DNA of 47,488 nt. It comes from Pseudomonadota bacterium. GTDB taxonomy: Bacteria; Bdellovibrionota; FAC87; UBA2466. Below are positions 39,672-47,488 of the stretch, one piece after another. Below the pieces are notes generated by a model. The model was not told where the DNA came from and ran no database searches. It worked only from the letters and a program-made list of their open reading frames with translations. The position numbers and the translations under genes are program-made. The stretch spans positions 1 through 47,488 of the forward strand of contig JAYUGC010000186.1 in assembly GCA_043767805.1 (NCBI GenBank), in the 5' to 3' direction. Within the stretch, counting starts at the first letter, position 1. Every line of letters begins with the position of its first letter.

Positions 39672-40226
39672 CTAATCCTGGGGGGCTTTGGGCGTGGCGC
39701 CGAACTTCCCGTTTTGGGGGTCGAGGTATTGGTTACCCTGCTTGAAGGACTGAAGGAACATCAGGGAGACGCCCACCACGATGGCGGCATCGGCCACGTT
39801 GAAGGCGGGCCAATGGTAGTCCTTCCAAAAGAAGTCGAGAAAATCGACCACGAAGCCAAAACGCAGGCGATCGATGAGGTTACCCACGGCGCCGCTGACG
39901 ATGAGGCTAAGCGCGGTCGCGGTCAGGATTTGCTTCGAATCGAGCTTCGCGAGCACGAAGCCGATGACGAAAAGCGCGATGACCGGAACGATGATGAAAA
40001 AAGGATCGCGAAAATACGCCGGGGCCCGATGCAGAAGGCCAAAGGCTGCGCCGGTATTACGCACATAGGTCAGCGAAAAAAAGTTCGCGAAGATGGGGCG
40101 GCTTTCGCCCCAACGAAACCCGCTGTGGACGATGTGCTTGGTGTACTGGTCTATGACTAGAACGACGAGTACGACGCCGATCAAAATGAACCATTTGCGC
40201 GAGTCACGTGGGTTTGCTGCGGTCAT
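39672..40226 (-). CDS. lspA: Lipoprotein signal peptidase II (copy 1)
   Basis: DQYTK, NTGAAFG, GAVGNLIDR, VVDFL, WPAFNVAD. Confidence 0.95.
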   Translation of the reverse strand: MTAANPRDSRKWFILIGVVLVVLVIDQYTKHIVHSGFRWGESRPIFANFFSLTYVRNTGAAFGLLHRAPAYFRDPFFIIVPVIALFVIGFVLAKLDSKQILTATALSLIVSGAVGNLIDRLRFGFVVDFLDFFWKDYHWPAFNVADAAIVVGVSLMFLQSFKQGNQYLDPQNGKFGATPKAPQD

Positions 40227-40714
40227 GCCTTCTCCGGGCGTTCTTGCTTCAAGGTATTATAGAACATCAAAGCCACCCCGGCGATGATAGCGAAATCGGC
40301 GATATTAAAGGCGGGAAGCTTCACGGAGCTCCCCAAGTGAAAATCCAGAAAGTCGATGACGTAGCCGTACTGGATTCTATCGAGGAGGTTTCCCGTCGCG
40401 CCGCCCAGAATGCTGGTGAGCGCCAAAGACGTCAGCATCTGGTTGTCTTGCAGCTTAATGAAGATGAGGACGATGAGGATCAGGGCGAAGACCGGGATGC
40501 CGATGAAGAACACGTCCTGTAACGACGGAGGAACCTTCTGCATGAGGCCGAAAGCGAAACCGGGGTTCTGCGTATGGGAGAGGCTCATGAAGCCCGGGAT
40601 GAGCCAATGGCGCACGCCTATGGCGAGCTTGCTGTGGACCAGGTGCTTCGTCAGCTGATCGCAGGACAGAATGAAGCCACTGAGTGAGAAGAGGATCAGA
40701 TATTTTTGCTTCAT
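40223..40714 (-). CDS. lspA: Lipoprotein signal peptidase II (copy 2)
   Basis: DQLTK, NPGFAFG, GATGNLLDR, VIDFL, PAFNIAD. Confidence 0.95.
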   Translation of the reverse strand: MKQKYLILFSLSGFILSCDQLTKHLVHSKLAIGVRHWLIPGFMSLSHTQNPGFAFGLMQKVPPSLQDVFFIGIPVFALILIVLIFIKLQDNQMLTSLALTSILGGATGNLLDRIQYGYVIDFLDFHLGSSVKLPAFNIADFAIIAGVALMFYNTLKQERPEKA

Positions 40715-40737
40715 GGTCCTCTACGAACGAACAGCGT

Positions 40738-41985
40738 CTAGCTGCTCATAGAGTCGAGAAACTCTTGGTTCGTCTTGGTCGCCATCACCTTGTCGAGCAA
40801 GAACTCCATGCTGTCCACCGCGTTCATCGGCTGGAGCACCTTACGGAGAATCCACACGCGATTGAGCGTCTCTTTATCGAGCAGCAACTCTTCACGGCGC
40901 GTGCCGGACTTGTTAATGTCGATACAGGGGAAAATGCGCTTTTCCATCAGCTTGCGATCGAGCGTGATTTCCGCGTTACCCGTTCCCTTGAACTCTTCGA
41001 AGATGACTTCGTCCATGCGGGATCCGGTATCGATCAGCGCCGTCGCGACGATGGTCAGCGAGCCGCCGCCTTCGATGTTACGGGCCGCGCCGAAGAAGCG
41101 TTTCGGCTTGTGGAGCGCGTTGGAATCGACGCCGCCCGACAGGATCTTTCCGCTCGGCGGAACGACCGTGTTGTAAGCGCGGGCGAGACGCGTGATGGAG
41201 TCGAGAAGGATGACGACATCCCGCTTGTGCTCGACCAGACGCTTCGCTTTTTCGATGACCATTTCGGCGACCTGCACGTGGCGGGTGGCCGGCTCGTCGA
41301 ACGTCGAGCTGACGACTTCGCCTTCCACGTTACGTTCCATGTCGGTGACTTCTTCCGGACGCTCGTCGATGAGCAGCACGATGAGAGCCGCGTCCGGGTG
41401 GTTCGCCGTGATGCTGTTGGCGACTTCCTGGAGCAGAACCGTCTTCCCGGCACGGGGCGGCGCCACGATGAGCGCGCGCTGGCCCTTGCCGATCGGACAG
41501 AGCAAATCGATGATGCGCGTGGAGTACTTCTTGGTGTTGTACTCCATCTTGAAACGTTCTTGCGGATAGAGGGGCGTGAGGTTGTCGAAGAGGATTTTCT
41601 CTCTGGCAACGTCGGGATCCTCGAAGTTCACCTTCTCGACTTTGAGAAGCGCGAAGTAACGCTCGGAATCTTTCGGCGGACGGATCTGGCCTTCGACGGT
41701 ATCGCCGGTGCGAAGACCGAAACGGCGAATCTGCGAGGGCGAAACGTAAATGTCGTCCGGGCCCGGAAGGTAGTTATAATCGGGGGCACGGAGAAAGCCG
41801 AAACCGTCGGGAAGCGTCTCGAGTACGCCCGAGCCGTAAATCTGGCCGTTCTGTTCCGTCTGAGCTTGCAGGATCGAAAAGATGAGCTCTTGGCGACGAA
41901 GGCCGCCGGCCGCCTCCACACCCAGAGATCGGGCTAGCTCAGTGAGCTCCGCGATGGGCTTTTCCTTTAACTCCTGTAAGTGCAT
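40738..41985 (-). CDS. rho: Transcription termination factor Rho
   Basis: [53 protein letters not shown]. Confidence 0.98.
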   Translation of the reverse strand: MHLQELKEKPIAELTELARSLGVEAAGGLRRQELIFSILQAQTEQNGQIYGSGVLETLPDGFGFLRAPDYNYLPGPDDIYVSPSQIRRFGLRTGDTVEGQIRPPKDSERYFALLKVEKVNFEDPDVAREKILFDNLTPLYPQERFKMEYNTKKYSTRIIDLLCPIGKGQRALIVAPPRAGKTVLLQEVANSITANHPDAALIVLLIDERPEEVTDMERNVEGEVVSSTFDEPATRHVQVAEMVIEKAKRLVEHKRDVVILLDSITRLARAYNTVVPPSGKILSGGVDSNALHKPKRFFGAARNIEGGGSLTIVATALIDTGSRMDEVIFEEFKGTGNAEITLDRKLMEKRIFPCIDINKSGTRREELLLDKETLNRVWILRKVLQPMNAVDSMEFLLDKVMATKTNQEFLDSMSS

Positions 41986-42237
41986 AGGTACTACCTCAAC
42001 TAGTGTGAGCGGCTTAGTGTCCGATTGGACACCTTGGTTTGATTAAATCTTGTGGCCAAAAATTCGCCTGAAACCGTTTCACCAGGAGGGCAGGAACTTC
42101 TTATACCAACGAAGTTTTTTTGTGAGGCCCCCCGGGCCCTGGACCTTAAGAAACGTGGGCTATCCAGGATGAAAACGGTGCGTTCAAGCTAGGGTTGCAA
42201 CGCAGGCGTGTCAACCCAAAGTTTTCTTAAACGGGGG

Positions 42238-42265
42238 AGAGAAAATAGGCCGGGTTGCCCCGGCC
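42238..42265 (-). terminator. Intrinsic terminator of the cold-shock gene
   Basis: Minus strand GGCCGGG-GCAA-CCCGGCC followed by TATTTTCT, about 10 nt after the stop. Confidence 0.75.
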
Positions 42266-42274
42266 CATCTAAAG

Positions 42275-42487
42275 TCACGCGTTGCCGGCGACTTTGCGAA
42301 CCACAGTCGCTTGAGGCCCTTTCGGGCCTTCGACCATTTCGAATTCAACCTCTTGCCCTTCAACGAGAGATTTGTATCCCTCGCCTTCGATGGCAGAGAA
42401 GTGAACGAACACGTCAGCTCCACCTTCCTGTTCGATGAAACCGTACCCCTTATTGTCGTTGAACCACTTCACGTAACCCTGAGGCAT
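42275..42487 (-). CDS. Cold-shock protein (CspA family)
   Basis: [15 protein letters not shown] (RNP1), DVFVHFSAI (RNP2), GPKGPQA; GGAGG RBS. Confidence 0.96.
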   Translation of the reverse strand: MPQGYVKWFNDNKGYGFIEQEGGADVFVHFSAIEGEGYKSLVEGQEVEFEMVEGPKGPQATVVRKVAGNA

Positions 42488-42689
42488 ATTCCCCCTCCCC
42501 ATGCCCCAAAGAGACTCGTGCCGCGCACCGCTATACGTACCGCAGGATAAGCATTAAAAGATGCACCCTACTGGACCATCGATTCGAGCCGTCTTCGGAA
42601 GTCGGAAACTAGAGAACCGTTAGGTTCTCCCCCATTACCATTCGCGTTGATGTTACCAACGGCGGCGATCGCCTTGTCAAGCCGCGCGT

Positions 42690-42717
42690 TTGACAACCAA
42701 TGTCACTAAGTTATAAT
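42690..42717 (+). promoter_or_regulatory. Sigma70 promoter for ftsK
   Basis: TTGACA-N16-TATAAT; a back-to-back TTGACA on the minus strand (42675-80) likely serves csp. Confidence 0.75.
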
Positions 42718-42793
42718 GATCTTAGCTCTTTTCCCCCTTTCCCAACTGCTTCCCAATCCAACTTAAGCCAAGCTTTCTCGGAGACGACCCCCC

Positions 42794-45133
42794 ATGGTTA
42801 TCGGAAAAACCGAATCCAAAAAGGCAAAACCGCGCCCCACTTTTTCCCTCGCGCATCCGCCGCAAAATAAAATCGTGCGCGAAGTGTGGCGCCTCGTTTG
42901 GCTCGCGCTCGGCGTTCAGGTGATTGCTTCGTTGCTGAGTTTTTCTCCCGCAGATCCTTCGTGGAGCACGTGGTCTTCCACCGCGAAGTTTAAAAATTGG
43001 GTAGGGCGCGCGGGCAGCATTCAAGCTGATCTCTTGCTGCAACTTTTCGGCTTGCCTGCTTTTGCTTTGGGATTTTTGCTGCTTCGCCTGGCGTTTCGCA
43101 AAGTTGGGAACTACGGCGACAACTCGAAACGAGTCGTGCTCATCCCTGGCGCATTTTTACTTTCCCTCTGCGCCGTCGCGCAGACGGCTCTGCCGAGCGC
43201 GTGGATTCCTTGGAAGCTCGCCAACGGCGGCGGCGTCACGGGCCAGCTCATTCAAAGCGGTCTGGTCTATGCCCTGGGTGCGCCCGGCGCGGTGACCGCG
43301 AGTGCCCTGCTTCTCCTTGCCTCGACGATACTTCTCTTCGAATGGCCCGTACTTTCCGCGCTGGTCAACGCGCTACGGGAAACCGCAGACGACTTCAAAG
43401 CGTGGTGGATGGAATTTAAAGAAAAGCAAAAGACGCAAAAAACCACCCCGCCCAAGATGGCGATGGCTGCCGTACCGGGACTCGCCGCCCTTCCCGCGCC
43501 TCGCACGGAACGAGTCGTTTCTCCCTCTAAGAAAGCCGAAGGGGAAGAAGACGAGTCTCCGCTCATCATCGAAAGCGGTCTCGATGGCGCCGTCAAAGAT
43601 TTGCCTGACTTTGTGAGCTTTGAAGTTAAGAAGCCCAAATCCGCGCCGCCTCCGCCGAAACCGGTGAGCCGCGATCCGAATCGTAAATACGAACTGCCGC
43701 CGGTGAGCTTGCTCTCCAAAAAGAACGCGAAGAACGCGAAACCAATCGATCGCGCCTGGTTCCTCGAAAAAGGTCAAATCCTCGTCGAAAAACTGAAAGA
43801 CTTCGGCGTCGAGGGCGAAATCGTCAATATCTCGCCCGGACCGGTCATCACCGTGTACGAGTTCAAGCCGGCGAGCGGCGTGAAGATCAAAGACATCGCC
43901 AATCTCTCCGACGATCTCACGTTAGCGCTCAGCGTGATGAGCGTGCGCATCGTCGCGCCCATCCCGGGCAAACCTGTCGTCGGTATCGAGATCCCCTCGC
44001 CCGAACAGCAGATCGTTTACTTCCGCGACCTCATCGAAGAGACGCCGTTCTACGAGCCGAAAATCCGTATTCCGATCCTCTTGGGCCGTCTTGCTTCGGG
44101 CGAGCCGGTTGTAGCCGATCTCGCTTCGATGCCTCACTTACTCGTCGCGGGAGCGACGGGTACTGGCAAATCGGTATTCATCAACGCGCTCATCTCGAGC
44201 CTTCTCTATCGCTATACGCCGAACGATTTGCGGCTCATCCTCGTCGATCCAAAAATGGTCGAGCTCTCTAACTACGAAGGCATTCCGCATCTACTCCTCC
44301 CGGTCGTCGTCGATTCGAAGAAGGCCGTCATGGCGCTTCGCTGGGCCGTGGATGAGATGGAACGGCGCTATTCGATTCTCCACGGAGCGGGCGAGCGCCA
44401 CATCCACGCTTACAATGACCGCCTTCTGAACGATCCGCCGGAAGTCAAAGAAGGCGAGACCGCTCCCGAGACGTTGCCGTTCATCGTCGTTATTATCGAC
44501 GAGTACGCGGACCTCATGGCGGTCGTGCAAAAAGAAGTCGAGATCCTGATTACCCGCCTCGCTCAGAAAGCGCGCGCGAGCGGCATTCACCTGGTGCTCG
44601 CGACCCAGCGCCCGTCGACCGACGTGGTGACGGGCCTCATCAAGGCGAACTTCCCGAGCCGCCTGTCGTTCCGCGTGGCTTCTTCCATCGATTCGAAGAC
44701 GATCTTGGACCGTACGGGCGCCGAGCGCTTACTCGGTAACGGCGACATGCTCCTGCAATCGGCGGGCTTTACTATGCTCCGTCGTATGCAAGGCTCTTTC
44801 ATCTCGGACGACGATACCAACAAGGTCGTCGACTTCCTGAAGAGCCAAGGTGAGCCCTTGTACGATGAGCGCATCCTGCAACGCATCGAGAACGAAGAGA
44901 TGGGCCTGGAAGAAGGCTCTTCCGACGGAGAAGAAAGCAGCGGACGGCTTTACGATCAGGCCGTTCGTCTCGTCGTCGAAAAGGGAGAGGCGAGCATCTC
45001 TCTCATTCAGCGCCATTTGAAAATCGGCTACAACCGCGCCGCCACTCTCATCGAAGAGATGGAGAAGGAAGGCGTCGTTGGCCCGTCGAGCGGAGCCGGG
45101 AAACGCCGTCCGGTCCTCGTCGGTCAGATTTAA
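42794..45133 (+). CDS. ftsK: DNA translocase FtsK
   Basis: N-terminal TM domain (SFSPADPSW, NWVGRAG), MPHLLVAGATGTGKS, IIDEYADLM, ATQRPS, gamma domain SISLIQRHLKIGYNRAA. Confidence 0.97.
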   Translation: MVIGKTESKKAKPRPTFSLAHPPQNKIVREVWRLVWLALGVQVIASLLSFSPADPSWSTWSSTAKFKNWVGRAGSIQADLLLQLFGLPAFALGFLLLRLAFRKVGNYGDNSKRVVLIPGAFLLSLCAVAQTALPSAWIPWKLANGGGVTGQLIQSGLVYALGAPGAVTASALLLLASTILLFEWPVLSALVNALRETADDFKAWWMEFKEKQKTQKTTPPKMAMAAVPGLAALPAPRTERVVSPSKKAEGEEDESPLIIESGLDGAVKDLPDFVSFEVKKPKSAPPPPKPVSRDPNRKYELPPVSLLSKKNAKNAKPIDRAWFLEKGQILVEKLKDFGVEGEIVNISPGPVITVYEFKPASGVKIKDIANLSDDLTLALSVMSVRIVAPIPGKPVVGIEIPSPEQQIVYFRDLIEETPFYEPKIRIPILLGRLASGEPVVADLASMPHLLVAGATGTGKSVFINALISSLLYRYTPNDLRLILVDPKMVELSNYEGIPHLLLPVVVDSKKAVMALRWAVDEMERRYSILHGAGERHIHAYNDRLLNDPPEVKEGETAPETLPFIVVIIDEYADLMAVVQKEVEILITRLAQKARASGIHLVLATQRPSTDVVTGLIKANFPSRLSFRVASSIDSKTILDRTGAERLLGNGDMLLQSAGFTMLRRMQGSFISDDDTNKVVDFLKSQGEPLYDERILQRIENEEMGLEEGSSDGEESSGRLYDQAVRLVVEKGEASISLIQRHLKIGYNRAATLIEEMEKEGVVGPSSGAGKRRPVLVGQI

Positions 45134-45167
45134 GTCATTCCTCTAACCCAACATCCAAGGAGTCCCC

Positions 45168-45296
45168 ATGAAGCGCAGTAAGGCTTTGCTGTTCTTAAGT
45201 GTCCTCGTCCTATTAGGAGCTCTCACCACCCTCACCCGCTGCGGGAGCGGTTCTGTCGGCGATATCGCGGCAAGTTTCAACGGAATCAAATTCTAA
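45168..45296 (+). CDS. Unannotated 42-aa small lipoprotein (below the ORF-track cutoff)
   Basis: AAGGAG RBS at 45157-62; MKRSKALLFLSVLVLLGALTTLTR-CGSGSVGDIAASFNGIKF*; the stop TAA overlaps the AAGGAGG RBS of the next gene. Confidence 0.75.
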   Translation: MKRSKALLFLSVLVLLGALTTLTRCGSGSVGDIAASFNGIKF

Positions 45297-45305
45297 GGAG
45301 GCACC

Positions 45306-46457
45306 ATGAAACCCACTCTACTTTTAACTCTCCTGTCTTTCGCGGGGCTCGCCTACGGTTCCGCGGGGTTCATCACGCCGTCCGAGATGACGATGACTTT
45401 CACGGGCGCCAGCCTGACAACGGTAGACAATAGTCGTAAGACGATCGTTGCCTCCGGCACGTATCCCATCACCTTTAAAAAAACGGACACGGACTTTGCC
45501 GCGGTTACAGTCGGCACTGCTGGAGTCGAAGCGGGTCGCTACATCGGCGTTCAGATTTGCTACAACTCCGCGCGCTCGGTGAAAGTGAACGGCGACATCT
45601 ACGACGGCCCGACGAGCGGTGCCATCTCTAGCGGCACAGCGCTTTATTCCACCGGCACCGAGGCCACCGCCGCGGGCTCGGTAACGACATCGGTAACCGC
45701 GTCTCCCACGACGCTCGCCAATTACACGGTGGGGAACGGAACGAGCCAATGTTCCGAGTCCTATTTCGTTAAACCCGTTTGCGTGACCACTTCGGGTACG
45801 ACCGGGTGTGAAGCAACCGATACGGTAATCGACACCAGCACAACGCCGCCTAACCTCTCCGTCATGCTCGATATGTACGACAGCGTCGGCGTGGATGCGG
45901 CGACGGGCGCGCTCGACGCGCACGTTCCTATCTATCCGTACCCTGCTTTCGGTAAGCCCGGCGCGGCCGTTCATTTGCGCAGGTCCTCAGGTGGCAATAT
46001 CGGCAACGTGAGCCTAATCTTCGGGTCGGACGGAAATCTCGTCTACTCCTCGCTCTACCAAAGCGGAAGCAATACGGGCTTCTGTAGCATTGGGGGCGGC
46101 GTGGGCTTCGTCACGACGACGGCGGTGCCTTCGGGCGGTTTCCAAAACGCCTACGGTCCGTCGGCCGTTCAAAAAGATACGGCGGGCAAGATCGAGTTCG
46201 CCTCGGGCGGATGCGGCACGGGAAGCACGTGCACGTCGAGCGGGCTTCAAACCATCACCAACTACAAAGTGGGTGTGCCCAATACCACGGCGGTCGATTG
46301 CCTTCCGGATACCACCGGAGCCCTCGGGTTCACCTATACGGGCACCGCGGCCGTATCTAGTCCGGGGACAATTACCGTCAAGCGCATCATCGACCCCAGC
46401 AATATCCTCGGTGGTATCTGCACCACGGGTGGCGGCATTTGCGGCGACTATCTCTAA
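45306..46457 (+). CDS. Secreted Thr/Gly/Ser/Cys-rich beta-strand-rich hypothetical protein
   Basis: AAGGAGG RBS; SPI signal ending AYG; 10 Cys; C-terminal GGIC-TT-GGGIC repeat. Confidence 0.8.
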   Translation: MKPTLLLTLLSFAGLAYGSAGFITPSEMTMTFTGASLTTVDNSRKTIVASGTYPITFKKTDTDFAAVTVGTAGVEAGRYIGVQICYNSARSVKVNGDIYDGPTSGAISSGTALYSTGTEATAAGSVTTSVTASPTTLANYTVGNGTSQCSESYFVKPVCVTTSGTTGCEATDTVIDTSTTPPNLSVMLDMYDSVGVDAATGALDAHVPIYPYPAFGKPGAAVHLRRSSGGNIGNVSLIFGSDGNLVYSSLYQSGSNTGFCSIGGGVGFVTTTAVPSGGFQNAYGPSAVQKDTAGKIEFASGGCGTGSTCTSSGLQTITNYKVGVPNTTAVDCLPDTTGALGFTYTGTAAVSSPGTITVKRIIDPSNILGGICTTGGGICGDYL

Positions 46458-46936
46458 TCGTCGGTAAAGGCTGGTTTGCGGCGGCGGGGGCGAGTTTCGC
46501 CCTCGCCGCCGATCAGGCTTTGAAAGTCTGGTGCGACACGCACCTGCGCTTATACCAACACGTCTCGCTTTTCCCCGGGCTCGCTGTCACGCGAAATCCT
46601 AATCGCGGTCTCGCCCACGGTTTTTACTCGAACGTTCCTAACGGCTATATCGACCTCTACGTCCGTTACATTCCGAGCGCGGTTTTACTTTGCCTGATGG
46701 GTTTCACCCTTTGGCGATGGCGCGAAGCAAATCGCACGGAACGGCTCGGCTGGTCTTTAAGTCTTGCGGGCGGCGCCTCCAACCTTTGGAATCATTGGAC
46801 GAGTGAGTCTGTCCTGGACACCCTCGCCGTTCCCACCGGGCTCAACTCTAGCCTCGTCTTCAACGTCGCCGACGTCGCTCTCTGTGTGGGCGCGGGCCTA
46901 GTCCTTCTCTCCCTCTTGAAGAAACCCACACCCTAG
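46439..46936 (+). CDS. lspA: Divergent lipoprotein signal peptidase II (copy 3)
   Basis: ADQALK, NRGLAHG, GGASNL, VLDTL, VFNVADV; four TM segments; the canonical NLxDR reads NLWNH; TTG start uncertain. Confidence 0.8.
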   Translation: MRRLSLIVGKGWFAAAGASFALAADQALKVWCDTHLRLYQHVSLFPGLAVTRNPNRGLAHGFYSNVPNGYIDLYVRYIPSAVLLCLMGFTLWRWREANRTERLGWSLSLAGGASNLWNHWTSESVLDTLAVPTGLNSSLVFNVADVALCVGAGLVLLSLLKKPTP

Positions 46937-46951
46937 TCCAGACTCCGGGGC

Positions 46952-47488
46952 ATGCGTGCTCTGTGTAGTCTTTTGCTCTATTGTCTTCCTCTCCTCGCCG
47001 CCCCCGCGGCGAAGCCCAATCCCGCGCTTCCCGTTGTCGATAAGATGCAAACGACTTGGGACGCGGCCAAAACTTACGAAGCGAAGTTCAAACAGAAGGT
47101 GACCGCGAAACGCATGGGCACTGAGGACGAGAGCGAAGGCACCGTGGTCGTTTCGAAGCCCAATCGCCTGCGCTGGGTATCTGTCACTGACGGAACCTTC
47201 CAGATTTTGAACGGAAATCGGCTGACGGCGGTGCGTGAGAACAAGCGCCGGCAGATTACTGAAGTCGACATCTACGCCAAGGCGGGGAAGTCGATCGACA
47301 GTAAATTGCTGAAATTCCTGGCGGGAAAGGCGCAGTTCAAGACCCTTTACCGCTTCGAGCTGGAATCCGAAACCCCTGAGATTGCTACGATAAAGTTCCA
47401 CGGCAAGAGTGGTGACGCGGAGACCCTTATTGCGGAAATAGACAAGAACAGCTATCTTCTCCGGTCTTTAACGACGGACAGCGAAGAT
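46952..47488 (+). CDS. lolA: Outer-membrane lipoprotein carrier LolA (3' truncated by window; not in the ORF track)
   Basis: MRALCSLLLYCLPLLA signal; YEAKFKQKV, SEGTVVVSKPNRLRW, ILNG motifs; ftsK-lolA synteny. Confidence 0.85.
   Translation, partial: MRALCSLLLYCLPLLAAPAAKPNPALPVVDKMQTTWDAAKTYEAKFKQKVTAKRMGTEDESEGTVVVSKPNRLRWVSVTDGTFQILNGNRLTAVRENKRRQITEVDIYAKAGKSIDSKLLKFLAGKAQFKTLYRFELESETPEIATIKFHGKSGDAETLIAEIDKNSYLLRSLTTDSED

Noticed and set aside
40684..41937. 417-aa plus-strand ORF
   Set aside because: Antisense shadow of rho, typical of high-GC codon bias; no recognisable motifs
46898..47401. 167-aa minus-strand ORF
   Set aside because: Antisense to lolA, which the ORF track missed because it runs off the window

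Overview
This is a gene-dense, mostly core-genome window from a high-GC Gram-negative bacterium. Gene content and style suggest Bdellovibrionota/Oligoflexia-like or another former-Deltaproteobacteria lineage; that is inference only. Housekeeping blocks: pcrA-GNAT-gatCAB-gmd, bolA-grxD, gltA, proC, rnj, metK, csp-rho-lspA-lspA-tig-clpP-clpX-lon, and ftsK...lolA. There is one tRNA-Val(TAC). Less ordinary content: (1) three genes between ftsK and lolA: an unannotated 42-aa lipoprotein with a non-canonical Arg(-1) lipobox, a translationally coupled secreted Cys/Thr/Gly-rich protein, and a third, divergent signal peptidase II; (2) an archaeal-type topoisomerase VI (top6B-top6A); (3) a sigma54-driven pair of paralogous outer-membrane beta-barrels; (4) a four-helix-bundle gene with hexamer and inverted repeats directly behind the tRNA; (5) several structured intergenic elements and sigma54/sigma28 promoter motifs. 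I found no CRISPR array, rRNA, integrase or transposase. All calls come from motif recognition by eye; no searches were run.
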